Of a stretch of DNA of 64,000 bases, positions 13,991-25,699 are shown piece after piece. Position numbers and translations under genes: made by a program. The notes under the pieces were generated by a model that had not been told where the DNA came from, did no database searches, and saw only the letters and a program-made list of their open reading frames with translations. Position 1 is the stretch's first letter, and the number at the start of each line of letters is the position of its first letter. Origin of the DNA: Blasia pusilla (lineage: Eukaryota); the NCBI GenBank assembly GCA_050084515.1, contig CM114271.1, positions 2,604,001 to 2,668,000 of the forward strand. Direction: 5' to 3'.

Positions 13991-15889
13991 AACCTATCGA
14001 GTATGGTCTCCTTCATGTCTTCCCTCAAAATTCATCCCACCTACTCTTGATTTTTGCATCAATATCAAATGCATTTTAAGTTCTTAGTATCCTAATTGAC
14101 TTCATAGACTATGCATCAAAGTTCTTGGAATATGCCCTTTTTGCAAGATATAGAATGCCTTCATTGGTTATCTTATCTAAGGGATTTCCGAGTTTCTTTT
14201 GAGATTCTCTTCCGATATGTTATCCGACTGCCTTCATACCTTTTCAAGACTACTTCTCTCTCCTTAGAGTTTTTATATCAATAGGCTTTTTCATACTTAT
14301 GTTATGGCAATATTTGATGAACGTCTTGATCCTTATAATTTTTATGGAGATGATAGTGTCTTGGCTTTATGACAAGATACTTTGTGTATTTCTTTTGGAG
14401 GTTTGGGAATTTCCTCCATAGTCACGACTCTCTCAAGAATTTTTTTGGGGAATTGAGCTTTGATTTCTCCTACCATGAGTACATGAATTCTCCAAGAAAA
14501 TACACCTATCTTGATGGATCATATGGCCCATATTAGAGATCTAATAGTCCAAAAGAAATTGAGATCTTTCCGGGCTCTTCCTCCACTTGGTGCCCAAGAA
14601 AATTTTACTCCGTTTCAATTAATTGATTATAGGAGGGCTTGATATATTTTAAGAGCTTATCTTTGAGAGTTTGCAACAAATCCAAATTTCAAACATTTAC
14701 TCTCTTTTTCTGTTGTCATTACAATTGTGCACAAATATTGGCATTGATACATTGAGCCAAAGTGATGGGTGGCCACTCATCTCGTCATCCATTCGTGTAT
14801 GACCAACCACTAGTGTTTGCGTTAGTTTTTTTGAGTGATTAATTATGTAGCTCGTTGAGTGTTGGCTTAGCTTGTTGCCATTTTGTTTTTGTATTCCTTG
14901 GCTACAACCTTCTCCTCTTGGGATGCGTTTGGCTTTCCTTGTCTTCTTACAAGGTTTTTTTTTTATATATATAATAAAGTGATCTATTTCTTATTAATAG
15001 GATACATGATAAGAAGAGTGGTTCTAAACAAATGAGACTTGTAGATTGAACTATTATAATTATTTCTTTCACTTAGAAATAACTACAAAAATTTGGTTTG
15101 TTTTCAATGTAAATGAGAAATAATTAAATAGTAGATAAATGGAAAAAATTATTTCATTAATTTATGAAAGAAAAAAAATCAGATCATACAAAAATCGTGG
15201 AAATAAGGAATAGTAACTTACATACAGTAGATCTATGAATTTGTAGAAAATTTTAATTCTATTTATTATAGTAATTAAATTTTAAGGAATATTTTTACTT
15301 TTATAAAGGCTTGGTTGTTATGTGTTGTAATTCTTAATAGATGTAGAACATTAATTTTCCTTGCATTTTCTCTCCCCAAATTATTTAAAAAGATTTCTCA
15401 AATATTTATTCTTTGAATTTCCTTTTTGACATATAATATCACTACGATATTCACATGTTATTAGCTTTTGAGTCCTTTGAGGGTCAAATTGTGGATTTGC
15501 CATTATTTTGAGAAGTGACCATGGAATCTAGCAAAGTATTCAAAAATTTGTGAGTATTTTATGAGTACTACATGGAAATGAATTAGGAGTGTACGGAGGA
15601 GGAGAAGGAGGAGAAGATATAACGGTAGAAAATGAATTAGGAGGAGGAGGAGGAGAAGATATAACGGTAGAAAATATAGGAGATGGAAGCAAGGATTCAA
15701 ATAAGGTATGTGAGGATGACAAAGAAGTAGGATTCGGTAATTATGGGTCGAGATTATGACGAGTGAAAAAAGATGGACAAGGGATAAGAGGAGGAAAGGG
15801 AAGAAATATAGAGCGTAGAATGGATGTGAGATATTGAGGATTGCGTTATAATCAAGTTCATCAACTACATGAAATGCTACTTTTGGTGG

Positions 15890-15974
15890 TCACACAAAGT
15901 AGATCAACTTAATCAAGGTTACTCAATTGATTAAGATTAGCCTAACTAGGGTTAATTATCCATAATTACTTTGG

Positions 15975-16012
<38 letters not shown>

Positions 16013-16085
16013 GGAGGGAGAGGGAGAGGGAGAGATAGATCAATTATGCTTCTTTAACAATTTTCTGCATGGTTTCTGAGCGATT
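15890..16085 (+). mobile_element. Copia-type LTR 3' end and degenerate PBS remnant related to 30830-31090
   Basis: It shares AACTAGGGTTA with the 30830-31090 copy, and CAATTATGCTTCTTTAACAATTTTCTGCATGGTTTCTGAGCGAT aligns with CAATTATGCTTCTTTAGTAGTTTTCTACATGGTATTAGAGCGAT. Confidence 0.5.
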
Positions 16086-16921
16086 TGGTAGTGTTAGTTG
16101 AAATCCTTGACGTGGAAGGAGAGATGAGGCAAGTTTAGACACTATTTCACTTTGGGGACAAAAGATTTGAGTTAGAGCTTAGGTTGTGGGACGAAGTAGG
16201 TAAAGTTTTGAAAAAAAAAGGACTTATAAGACAATAGTTTCTTAGTTTCAACTACTTCTTATTTGTTTTGGTATTTTTTCTTTCTCCAATGTGTATCCAT
16301 AAACAGCGCATGGGGTTTGAGAACCCCTTCTTTCTTCGTTGACACATGTACATTTTTGCCTCTTTTGGTGGTGACACATGTAGTATTGAACATATGACTT
16401 AAACAAGTTGAGGCATAATAGATGGTAATATGCCCTTTCACCCGTGCATAGCTAGGGCAATATACTAGTCATTATGGAACCTAAACCTACCCCAAACACC
16501 CCTTTGACCCCTTAACTTAACCACCCCCAAACTTTACCCCCATTTGACCCCTTCATTTTACTACCCCAAAAGGGAGCTCTCTAAAAATGTCCACGTGTCC
16601 AAATCTCAAAAGGAGGAGGTCGAAAATAAAGAAAGTTAAAAAAGAATAGTAGAAATTTCTTCAGTATCAGTTTTGTCATTAGATTTGAAAGAGTATTCTC
16701 ATCAGTTATTCCCTCTGACCCGTTCAAATGCATTTCGGTTTCTCGTTTCCCTGCGATCGGCCCATGAAACAAAATCGTAAACGCCCACTGAATCGGCAGC
16801 TTCCCCTTTTCTGGATAACTCTGTGCTCAACGTCCCGCATTTTCGTGCAGATCAGCTCAGGAGCTCTGGCTTTAGGGAGCGGCTGGTCCACGGAATCGCC
16901 CATCCTCTTCGAGCTGCACCG

Positions 16922-19900
16922 ATGAGAACTCCAGAAGCTTTGAAGGTTTGTGCGTTTGCGCGTATGTGGGGCTGATGCGTGCGCTGAGACCATGCGCTGC
17001 TGGTGGATGCGCGGAGGTAGAGATGATGTGTGGATTTGCTGGACGTGTGGATGTGTATGTACGGCGAACTTTAGAGCGCAGATTGTGCAGAGAAGGGAGT
17101 GTTTGGATTAGATGGTGTTGAGAGAGCCTTGCCAGTGTGGGTCGAAACATGAGGGCGTGATTGGATGGGTTGGAATCGATTCCGGTCCTGTTTTTGGTTT
17201 TGTGGTTCTCGTAGTTGTGGCTTTATGGGTACCTCGTGGTGAGGCGGTTGTGGGTTTGTGCAGACAATGTGGGTCGGATTGCATGAGTTTGATTTGACGG
17301 GTTGGAATTCTGCTGCTGCTGCTGCTGTGTACTTTTTCTTCTTTTTGTAGCAGTCCTTCTTTGGAAACCTCGTGGTGAGGGAATTCTAGGTTTGTGCAGG
17401 CGATGGGTGAGAGCCATGACAATGTAGGTCGAAATGCAAGAGTTTGATGGTTGTGAAGAGGTTGGAATTCTGGGGCTGTAGTCCCAGGTTTCTGGGTACT
17501 TCGTGGTATGGCAACTTTGGATTTGTGCAGACAATGTGGGTTGCAATGGAGTTTGATTGGATGAGTTGGAATTCCAGTACTGTTCCTTTCTGTAGTTGTA
17601 AGTTTGCGAGTACCGTTTGGTGAGGAAATCGTGGGTTTGTGCAGAGGGAGAATAAGGGGGACAAGGAGATTGGGGAACAGTTTTCTCAAAAGGAGCAGTG
17701 CAGCAGATGGACGATAATGCGGTTGGGCTCTGAGTGGTTTGCAGGGGTGATAGGAAATGTGAGTCCATCCGTGAAGGTGGCTGTGAAGAGGCTGACGTCT
17801 GTTGATAAGCATGAGGATCTGGGGAAACGCATTGTGCTTTACCTTGTACCTCCTTCGAGTGCAGCTCTCACGTTTGGTGTCACTTTGTTGGCTGGCCAGG
17901 TAGTTTTTTCTGCTCATATCATAGAGTTTCAAATTCCGTTTGCTGTAGTTTATCTTCTGAAATTTTCTTAAGTGTAGTTGGAGCTTCATGATGTAAGCCA
18001 GCGTGTTTTGTTTAGGGTTTTACAATCTTTGTGACTTGATGGTCGCTGGAAATTACAGTAGCATTGAGTTAATGAACACGAAAGAAAGAAGAGATGACAT
18101 TAGAAGCAAAGCATCCATTTCTTCAGAAGATGTAAGTCTTGCATTTAGATTTTCGCTTTTCTGTCCAAGACTGTCCTGAGTGTTCTATGGAGGCTGTCAT
18201 AATATCTCCAACTTGACCATTGGAAGAGATTAGTGTGGCACTGTGTTCACCGGAAGGAGAGATATTTATTTTGTGTCTCTGTCAAATGGCTTCTGATTCT
18301 CTTCCTTAACTGTGATGAGGAGCAGAAGTGGGGACATTTGATAGAGCGGATTTTGATGGAGTTTGGGAGAGCAAGTTTATTGTAAGAGGTGGCTGATTGA
18401 GGGAAGGTAGAAGGGTGTCTCGAAGAAGTAGAAGTAGGAGTATTTTGCAAGTTCCATGACCCTTTTTCATGAGCACTGCCTGTGGACACTTGTTAGGGAA
18501 GGCAGCAGGTGCAGCTGTGCGAGTGTCATGTGCAACTCCGGTGTTGGGATCACTGATGGGGTGTATGGCTCTTTGCACCGCATCGGCAGCAGCTGCCCAG
18601 GTGGCTCTTTTTCCCCAATCAAGGCTGGTTCATTTGTTATAATTCTTGATATCAATGAAGTCTCTGTGTACCTGGAAAGTTGCTGCATGACCTCACGAGC
18701 ACTTGATGAGTCTCCCATTTTCTTCCAATGCTCTATTCTTTTGGAAGACACGCTCTTGCCATCGATGCTGGTGCTCTTTAAATTATTTGTAGCTTGGAAA
18801 TTACAAGTGGTAGATTATACAGCTTATCCTTGTGGGTATCTCATAGGGAAGGCCGTGGTGCCGGGGTTCATTGGGGATCTACATCAAGCATGCTTAATGA
18901 TTCCTCTTTTTTTAACATTGATTGTCTTATTGTCTCAACTGACGGCCCACAACTGTCCTGGTGATTGACAATATGGTGAGAAATGATGTAAGGAAATAAC
19001 CTTCCATGATTGCACCTTGAATACCTATAAACCATACTTCTTTTACTGTCTGATATTATTGCAGGTATCTTACAATCTTCGCCGATATTACAGTCTGGAT
19101 AATTCAAAGCAAGAGATTAAATTCCTCACGAGAGACGCGCTTCTGCTTAATGCTCTGTTTGGCGTTGTGGCATACAAGGTCTGATATACTTTGACCAAGT
19201 CTTTCTCGTTTGTTGCAAGTCATTTCTCACTTTTACGCTAGATGCTCTTGAGACATGACGCTCTTGGGACATGATGTGAGGTGGAACTGTGAAAAATTGG
19301 CAGAATGGAGATGAATGTAATCGAGATTGTGTTCGCACTCTGTTGTGATTGATTAAAGCCGATACAAAAATAGTAAAGGTCTGTTCTAAACTAAAAGCTG
19401 TAATCAAAAGATATGACGGTAACTGTGTCACTTAAAAAATGACTCTTAGTAATGTGTCGTTTCATATCTAAGTAGAGATGAAACGTTACCAGCAGTGATC
19501 AATGGTCATAAACGGAATATTGATCCTAATCTAATCTAGATCGTTCATATGGGTCAATCCGTGTGATCAACACTTGGATCGACTACTATCAGTCAGCAAT
19601 CTGCTGATTTGTTTCGCTGGACTAATTGATTTCCAACAGGAACTGGTCTTCCCTTTGTAGCCACAAGTAGTTAGAGTAGAAGGGTTGATTGACATTCTTT
19701 GTGAAGACAGTGGATGGTTACAAAAGGAACCTTTCACTTCCCTAAATGTTACACATAATTGTGAGTGTACATCTTTATGCTGAATGTTCTGATATGCTCC
19801 CTTTCCCAGTGGATAATTGTCTCACATGGACACTAGGATGCCCAAATAGGAAGCTTTGCAATCCACAAGACTGGTTAATTGGAAAGATCGGATGGTGCAT

Positions 19901-21030
19901 ACTGATGGAAATTTGTTGGAAGCAGGTACTTGGGGGTAGCTTTCGCAATTTAATGCCAAGCAGCGTAATACATCCGGGCGCACTCGGCTCTGTTTCCATA
20001 CCAGGTGTCCCTCTAATGGGAAGCTTTGTCCAATATTGTTTCTCCCTGATTTCGGATTGCCAGTGTTATAGTTATTGTATATTGTATGTCCTGATCTTGA
20101 ACCATTATCTTTCTGTCTTTGCTCACAGCTAGAGGATCCAAGTATGCTAATGAAGTTGAACAACTACTCATTCAAGACCTTTATAAACGACACGGCTGTC
20201 ATCATTGTGGATCGAGAGTTGGAGAAAGGTATCATATATTGTTTCTGCCAAATTTTTTACTTAGTGTGGTGGATGAAGTATCTTTGAGAGTCCAAGCCTA
20301 TGGGTAGAGCAATGGACATGCTGGAAACTTCTTGCAACGTCAGGCTGTTGGTGAAGGAACTAGATGCAAGTAAATTAGGTGGGCTCTTGGAGATTTAGTT
20401 TTCACTAGTATTGCAGATCAATACATGCAATTGGTATCTTCTCCTTGTGTCCAATCGATGTCTAGTAACATATCTTCTGTCACTGCTCAACAGCATTGCC
20501 GATCACATGCCACCCAATGTGGTAGCACATGGAAGAGGGTGGTCAAAAACTGTCACAGCAACTGAAGTGAACTCTTTTCTTGGGAGATTAAGATTCACGC
20601 TCCCATTCCTATCTGCACCTCCAAAGGTGGTGCAACAAAGACTCTACCCACAATGTACTGATTGTATGAAATTACAAAGTGCCGCATTGCGACACGGAAA
20701 GAGAGCGCCACTCGTCCTTCACATTAAACGAGGTCTACCCACGGTAAGATATTGTGAATAACTCATGATCCATGCTCATAAAAAAGTGTCACTTGCTTCA
20801 TCCTTCCATATTCCTGCACTTCCGAGGCATGATGAGGAACAGTTCTGGCACCATAAGTTTGCAGTGGAGCCCTGATTCATTCATGGAGTAAGTCAGTCAA
20901 TGCACAATTTTAACTTATTCTTAATGCTTACCTGTTGGCTTTTTATCAGGCCCCATACTTCACAGGTTTCTGTATCGGTGCCATGGGTATAGATGATGCC
21001 GGTGTGGATCTGGAGGATAAAAGTGGATGA
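16922..21030 (+). CDS. Uncharacterised ~333-aa protein with N-terminal hydrophobic helices and a C-terminal CxxC...DH...CxxC (HNH-like, Zn-binding) module; exons 16922-16945, 17645-17899, 18502-18600, 19065-19178, 19926-20004, 20129-20228, 20494-20743, 20950-21030
   Basis: GT-AG junctions give one continuous frame: ...LTFGVTLLAGQ|AAGAAVRVSCATPVLGSLMG...|...LLNALFGVVAYK|VLGGSFRNLMPSSVIHPGALGSVSIP|ARGSKYA...RHGCHHCGSRVGE|SIADHMPPN...QRLYPQCTDCMKLQ...LVLH...|APYFTGFCIG...*. Exon 1 and the exon-3 splice sites are the least certain. Confidence 0.75.
17080..17644 (+). repeat. Degenerate ~120-140-bp tandem repeat (about 4-5 units) inside intron 1
   Basis: The blocks CTCGTGGTGAGG, TTTGTGCAG, ACAATGTGGGT and GTTGGAATTC recur. 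TGTGCAG ends at ~17090, 17262, 17399, 17530 and 17644. Confidence 0.7.
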
Positions 21031-21299
21031 GGAGGACCACATTGGTCTATTCTGTAAGACAGAAACAGTTTTGACATGCTGATCCACAAAATCTATTCGA
21101 GGGTGATGTACAAGAGCTATTCCTTGAAGTTCAGTTTGATGTGACTAGTATTTTCTGATTGAAAATACTTATGTAGATTTTCCCTGAAATTCCACTGGTT
21201 TTTTGGACATGATACAGAGGGAGCACCCATATCTGGCAGTTATTTTGCCCAATGATTCAGATCTGAGGCTATGATTCTCATTATGAGCTGACTTGACTA

Positions 21300-23700
21300 A
21301 AGAAAGAAAGCCAGTGCTAGTAGATCTTTGAATCCCAAGCTGTTGACCATTTTGACAGGTGATGTCAAGGGCAATGAGCTTTGGGCAAAAGTGTATGTGT
21401 GTTGTACTAACATATACTGAAAAACAAGGCTTGCATGAAAGGGTGATGGGGGGGAATTCATTTGGCATAAAGAAAGGGAAACTCAGGAAGTTGAGGTTGT
21501 CAAGACCATACATCGTTGGGGTAAAAGAAAATAGGGAGAACGCCCCTTTTTTCTTTCAAGCCCTCTTCCCTACAAGCTCAACTCATCAACAGTAGAGACA
21601 GTCTTGGTGACACTTTGACATTATTACCACTAAGAGGATTTTTAGTAGTGGTGTCTTTAAGGGTCGAAGCTTGCTTCAAAAGTTTATTGGCCTGGGCATA
21701 TTGCAAAGGTATGGAGATTTGTTGCGTACAATAAAACGTGACAGTAGGTAAGGATGGTCCATTGTCAAGTATAGATATCGAACCTTGTAGGGAAAAAGTC
21801 CGTACACAATCAGCCAAGAAGCATGAATGGACCTCGCTGGTGGAGTGTTCAAAGAAGAGATGTTATGATAGATTTGCAAGTATTTGTAGGATCTTCATAT
21901 CAAATAATCTTAAGGAGGGTAGAGAGGAGACTAGACATCTTTATTTTTCGAGACAAAAGATTGGGGTGATATAGCAAAAGAAGAGAACTTAAAGCAATTT
22001 GAAGATCATCAATACTCATCTATGTGGAATAGATCCTTGGTTAATCCCCATGAAGTGGAGGTCAGGTCTTGGCTTTAAAGTGGGACGGGCAAACCTCAAA
22101 TTTAAGTCATGAATTTGTTTGGTAGATGACCATCATAAGTAAGTCCTGGTGAAAACTAAATTATTGACTTGCCCATTTTTGTATCAATAAAGCAATAAAG
22201 TGTTGGAATGTATGGACAATTATTTTGTAGGGTTGACGATGTGAATATCAATTGCTGGCAAGGAGAAAATGCAGCTTAGAATAACCTCCACAAGGAGAGG
22301 ATAGGTCAATAATGAGCCACCACTTGAAATGTAGCATCCACGGGACCATCTTGACAACTATGGTCGTCAAACTTCAATATCATAAACTCCTCTTCTAATC
22401 AATCATGGTGGGAATAAAGGATTGAAAGGGTCCATTGAAAAGCTTATATGCAAGGAATGAGACTTGCGAAGTGGCCACTCATATTCCTTGGTTCTCTAAA
22501 GATAGATGTACATGGTACTAAGTAGAAGTCGTTCTCCACATCCCCTTGGAGATCTACTACTTATCATGTACATTGAGAGAGACCCTCAAACAAGGTTGCA
22601 CAAAAACGGACAAGTCTATCCCTAAGGCGGAAATAGACCAACAAGTGTGGAAGTGGATTGCAAGAGGTGGGTCCACACTTATAGCTCGTAGTGGAAGGCA
22701 ATGTAGGGGCAGACAACGATAAGGGAAGAGGGAGTGGAGGTGGGGAAAGGAAGAAATAGGAATGTGTGGAACATGGAGGCAAATGGAGAGATGAGGAAAA
22801 ATAAGAGGTGGAGCCTACATGGACAAGTCCTTCCATAGGACAGACGTAAGTCCAAAGGAAATGGAAATTGTCCACCTGCAACCTTGCTCTCAAATCTAAT
22901 GGGATCGTTTCATTGCAATTGGTATGACAACTCCAAATTGATGCGGATTGAGATATGATTGGAAAGCCTGATAGAATTGGAGAGGGATGTTGAGACTTAG
23001 CATCCTCAAGAGCACCTCACCTATGATGGAACGAATATCTCCACCCTCCTTTGAAAATTCCAAAAGGTGCTCCGGCCCAAATACTTGGGTCATTGCTATT
23101 GGAACTTTCATTTGAGCTAGGCGAGAGGCAACTTGGAGCAACTCGGAAAAGCGACTAGTTGAGTCCTCTTGAGGAAAGTAATCATGAAAGTGTTTGTACA
23201 TTATACTAGACAAACCTTCAGTAGCAATCTAATGAGAACATTCAAGTGCCCATGTAAAGAGGGACGAGCCAAGGCAAATAACTTTATCAAGATGGAAGTC
23301 ACGTGTGAATTTAGGATGTCGACCGTGAGGCAAGGATGCTTTGGAGGACATCAAAAGTAAAAGTTGTGAAAGGCAACATGTGCATAGGGTGAAGAGTACA
23401 AGCGGCTTGCGAGTATCCACAAGCAAATCCGAGTGTCTTACTTTGTCGAAACCTGGTTGCTATAGGATAATTTGGTGGGAAACCAAGTCAAGTGCTACCT
23501 CTAGTATACACCATAAACTCACTCTAAAGAGACTCCTAATCATACCCGACGTTTTTAAATTTTTATTTTTTTTCCCTTTCTTGTCTTACAGTCTCAGGCC
23601 CATGTCGGACAATTTTTTGGTTTTGGATTACAATCTCTCTATAGTAGGCCTTCCCTCCTTAGATGTAGCGGTGACATAATAGTGGAAGAAGAAATGAAAG
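21300..23700 (-). mobile_element. Heavily degenerate non-LTR retrotransposon RT, CRE-clade-like; limits approximate
   Basis: The minus-strand peptide SKEGGDIRSIIGEVLLRMLS...LNPHQFGV (22896-23213) matches the K..GGIRPIAVGE.LRRL...L.P.QFGV RT segment. Decayed QGDP (~22345) and ADD-HIVGP (~22240) equivalents follow downstream. Confidence 0.6.
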
Positions 23701-25699
23701 ATATGATGAGACCTTATCCATATGGTCAAGTGCAGTCCTAGCTAACGGGAGAAGGGACGCATGATAGAGCTCATCTCAAACATCATGGGGGATCCTATGG
23801 GATAACCCCATACATGAAGAGCAAGTCTAAAAGAGATCTATGATGTTGCCAAGGTGGGACCTCAACCACTTCCATGAGTCAACAAGATATTCGATGTGTT
23901 AGATTCTTGGCAATTGAAAAGGTCTTAATTGTTGTCTAGTGGAATTGAGGCAATGTGATGGAATGGAAACTCCTCATGGTCCTCAAGTATTGCCAATGAC
24001 TTCAGATTGCCATTAGAATGGAACACAAGTACACATTAGTGAGAGTAGAGTCCAAACGAGGAGATGATAGTTTGATAGCATCACTTGAGAAAGCAAGACT
24101 TGGTGAAGGTTGTTTCTATTGATTTCTATTTATAGTCAATTTTGGTAAAAGAACATGCGACTCCTAGTAATGAAAGCAATCGTGGGCATGAAGTATTTAT
24201 TTAGATTAGCCCTCAACTTTGAGTTTACATGACGTACATTCTAGCACAACATGAAGTCTTTAACAAGTTTGGTTGTTTCAAAATACCATTTTAAGAGACA
24301 CTTTTGATACGGGTTTGAGTTTGAAATCTCTTATGCCTATTCATCTTATCCTCTTATGCTCTTTGATATTAAATAGTCTATAGCAGTTTGAAGTGATGCT
24401 AAAAGTTTTTATTTTGGAAATTTTTTTTGATATCAAACTTATATTGATTATGTGGTTGGTGAAAGGACACCATACAATTTCAAGGGACTTTCTTTCTCTT
24501 TTTTTTTTTCATTCACGTGGGAGTCTCCATGGTTGAAGTTTGGATGAATAAGTTGAATAGATGAATGAGGGAACTTGTACATGAACCAACCAACACTCTT
24601 CAAGCCATAAAGTAATTGAAATATGTAATGTTGGATGACACCATCTTTGAGAGTAGTGATGTTGAGAAATCCACTATTTATCACCTTTCAAACCCTCGCC
24701 CACGGAGTTAGTGCAACAAGTAATGTCAGATCACACCAAAATTTAACCTAGACTAGTTATGCTAAGAGATCTACCATTTGTTGACTTTGAGACCCTCACC
24801 CATAGATTTATGTTTTGTGAACACTTCTTTCGAGAGTTAGCCCCACAAATGAGCCTTTGCCCTTAGTGTTTTTTAATGAAGACTTCAATTTAATGTACTT
24901 CTACTACATATAGTTCAATTCACTCATTGGTAGTGGAAGTTTCCTTATTTCCTTGTGGTTTCTTTTCCTAGAGAAACCCTTTTTTCTTCTTTTTTCTCGT
25001 AGGTTTTGTTTTCTAAAACCAAAGAAAATCTCAAGTGATCAATGCCAATCTTCAATATCATTTCAGTCAATCTTTCCATACCCCCAAGGTTTTAAGAAAG
25101 TGATATTTGGACATACTTCACTATTCCAAAAATCCCCCAAGAAGGTCCCAAAAGAATGATTTATACACACATGTCACCAAGGGTAGTTAACGGCCTTTCC
25201 AACCTCAACCTCACTTGTAACTCTACTAGACTACAACTAACACACCAAATTGATGAAAATCTTTATCTCACATATGAAAGAGTCCATGTATACATACATC
25301 TTAGTTAAGTTATGAACACGTTCCTACACATACATATTACACTCTGGTATTTACATTTTGATGGAGCAAAACAAGAACCTCCTCAAGTCCCTTGTTATGT
25401 GTAGAGGTTGTTGTTTTTGGGGCTATTTTTTGGGGGGAAGAGTTGTTTCCTCTTCTGCAAACACAAAGAGAGAGACTGTACTCATTAAGTAGTGCATGTC
25501 GTAGCCTTGCGACCATAGACCCGCGCCCTGGTTGGACGGTGCTTGAGACTGGGATGGGTGTAGAGAGAGAAGCAAGTGAAGAAGGTACCATATGAGAGGA
25601 GGGAGACACTCTCATATAGTGTGAGTGCTGACCAAACAACGTGTTTGTGCGGAGCTTCCAAGTGTCAACCAAGAAGCTCTTCACCACACCATCTACTTT

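Noticed and set aside
17108-17989. 293-aa minus-strand ORF
   Set aside because: It is antisense to the spliced plus-strand gene and derives from the intronic tandem repeat.
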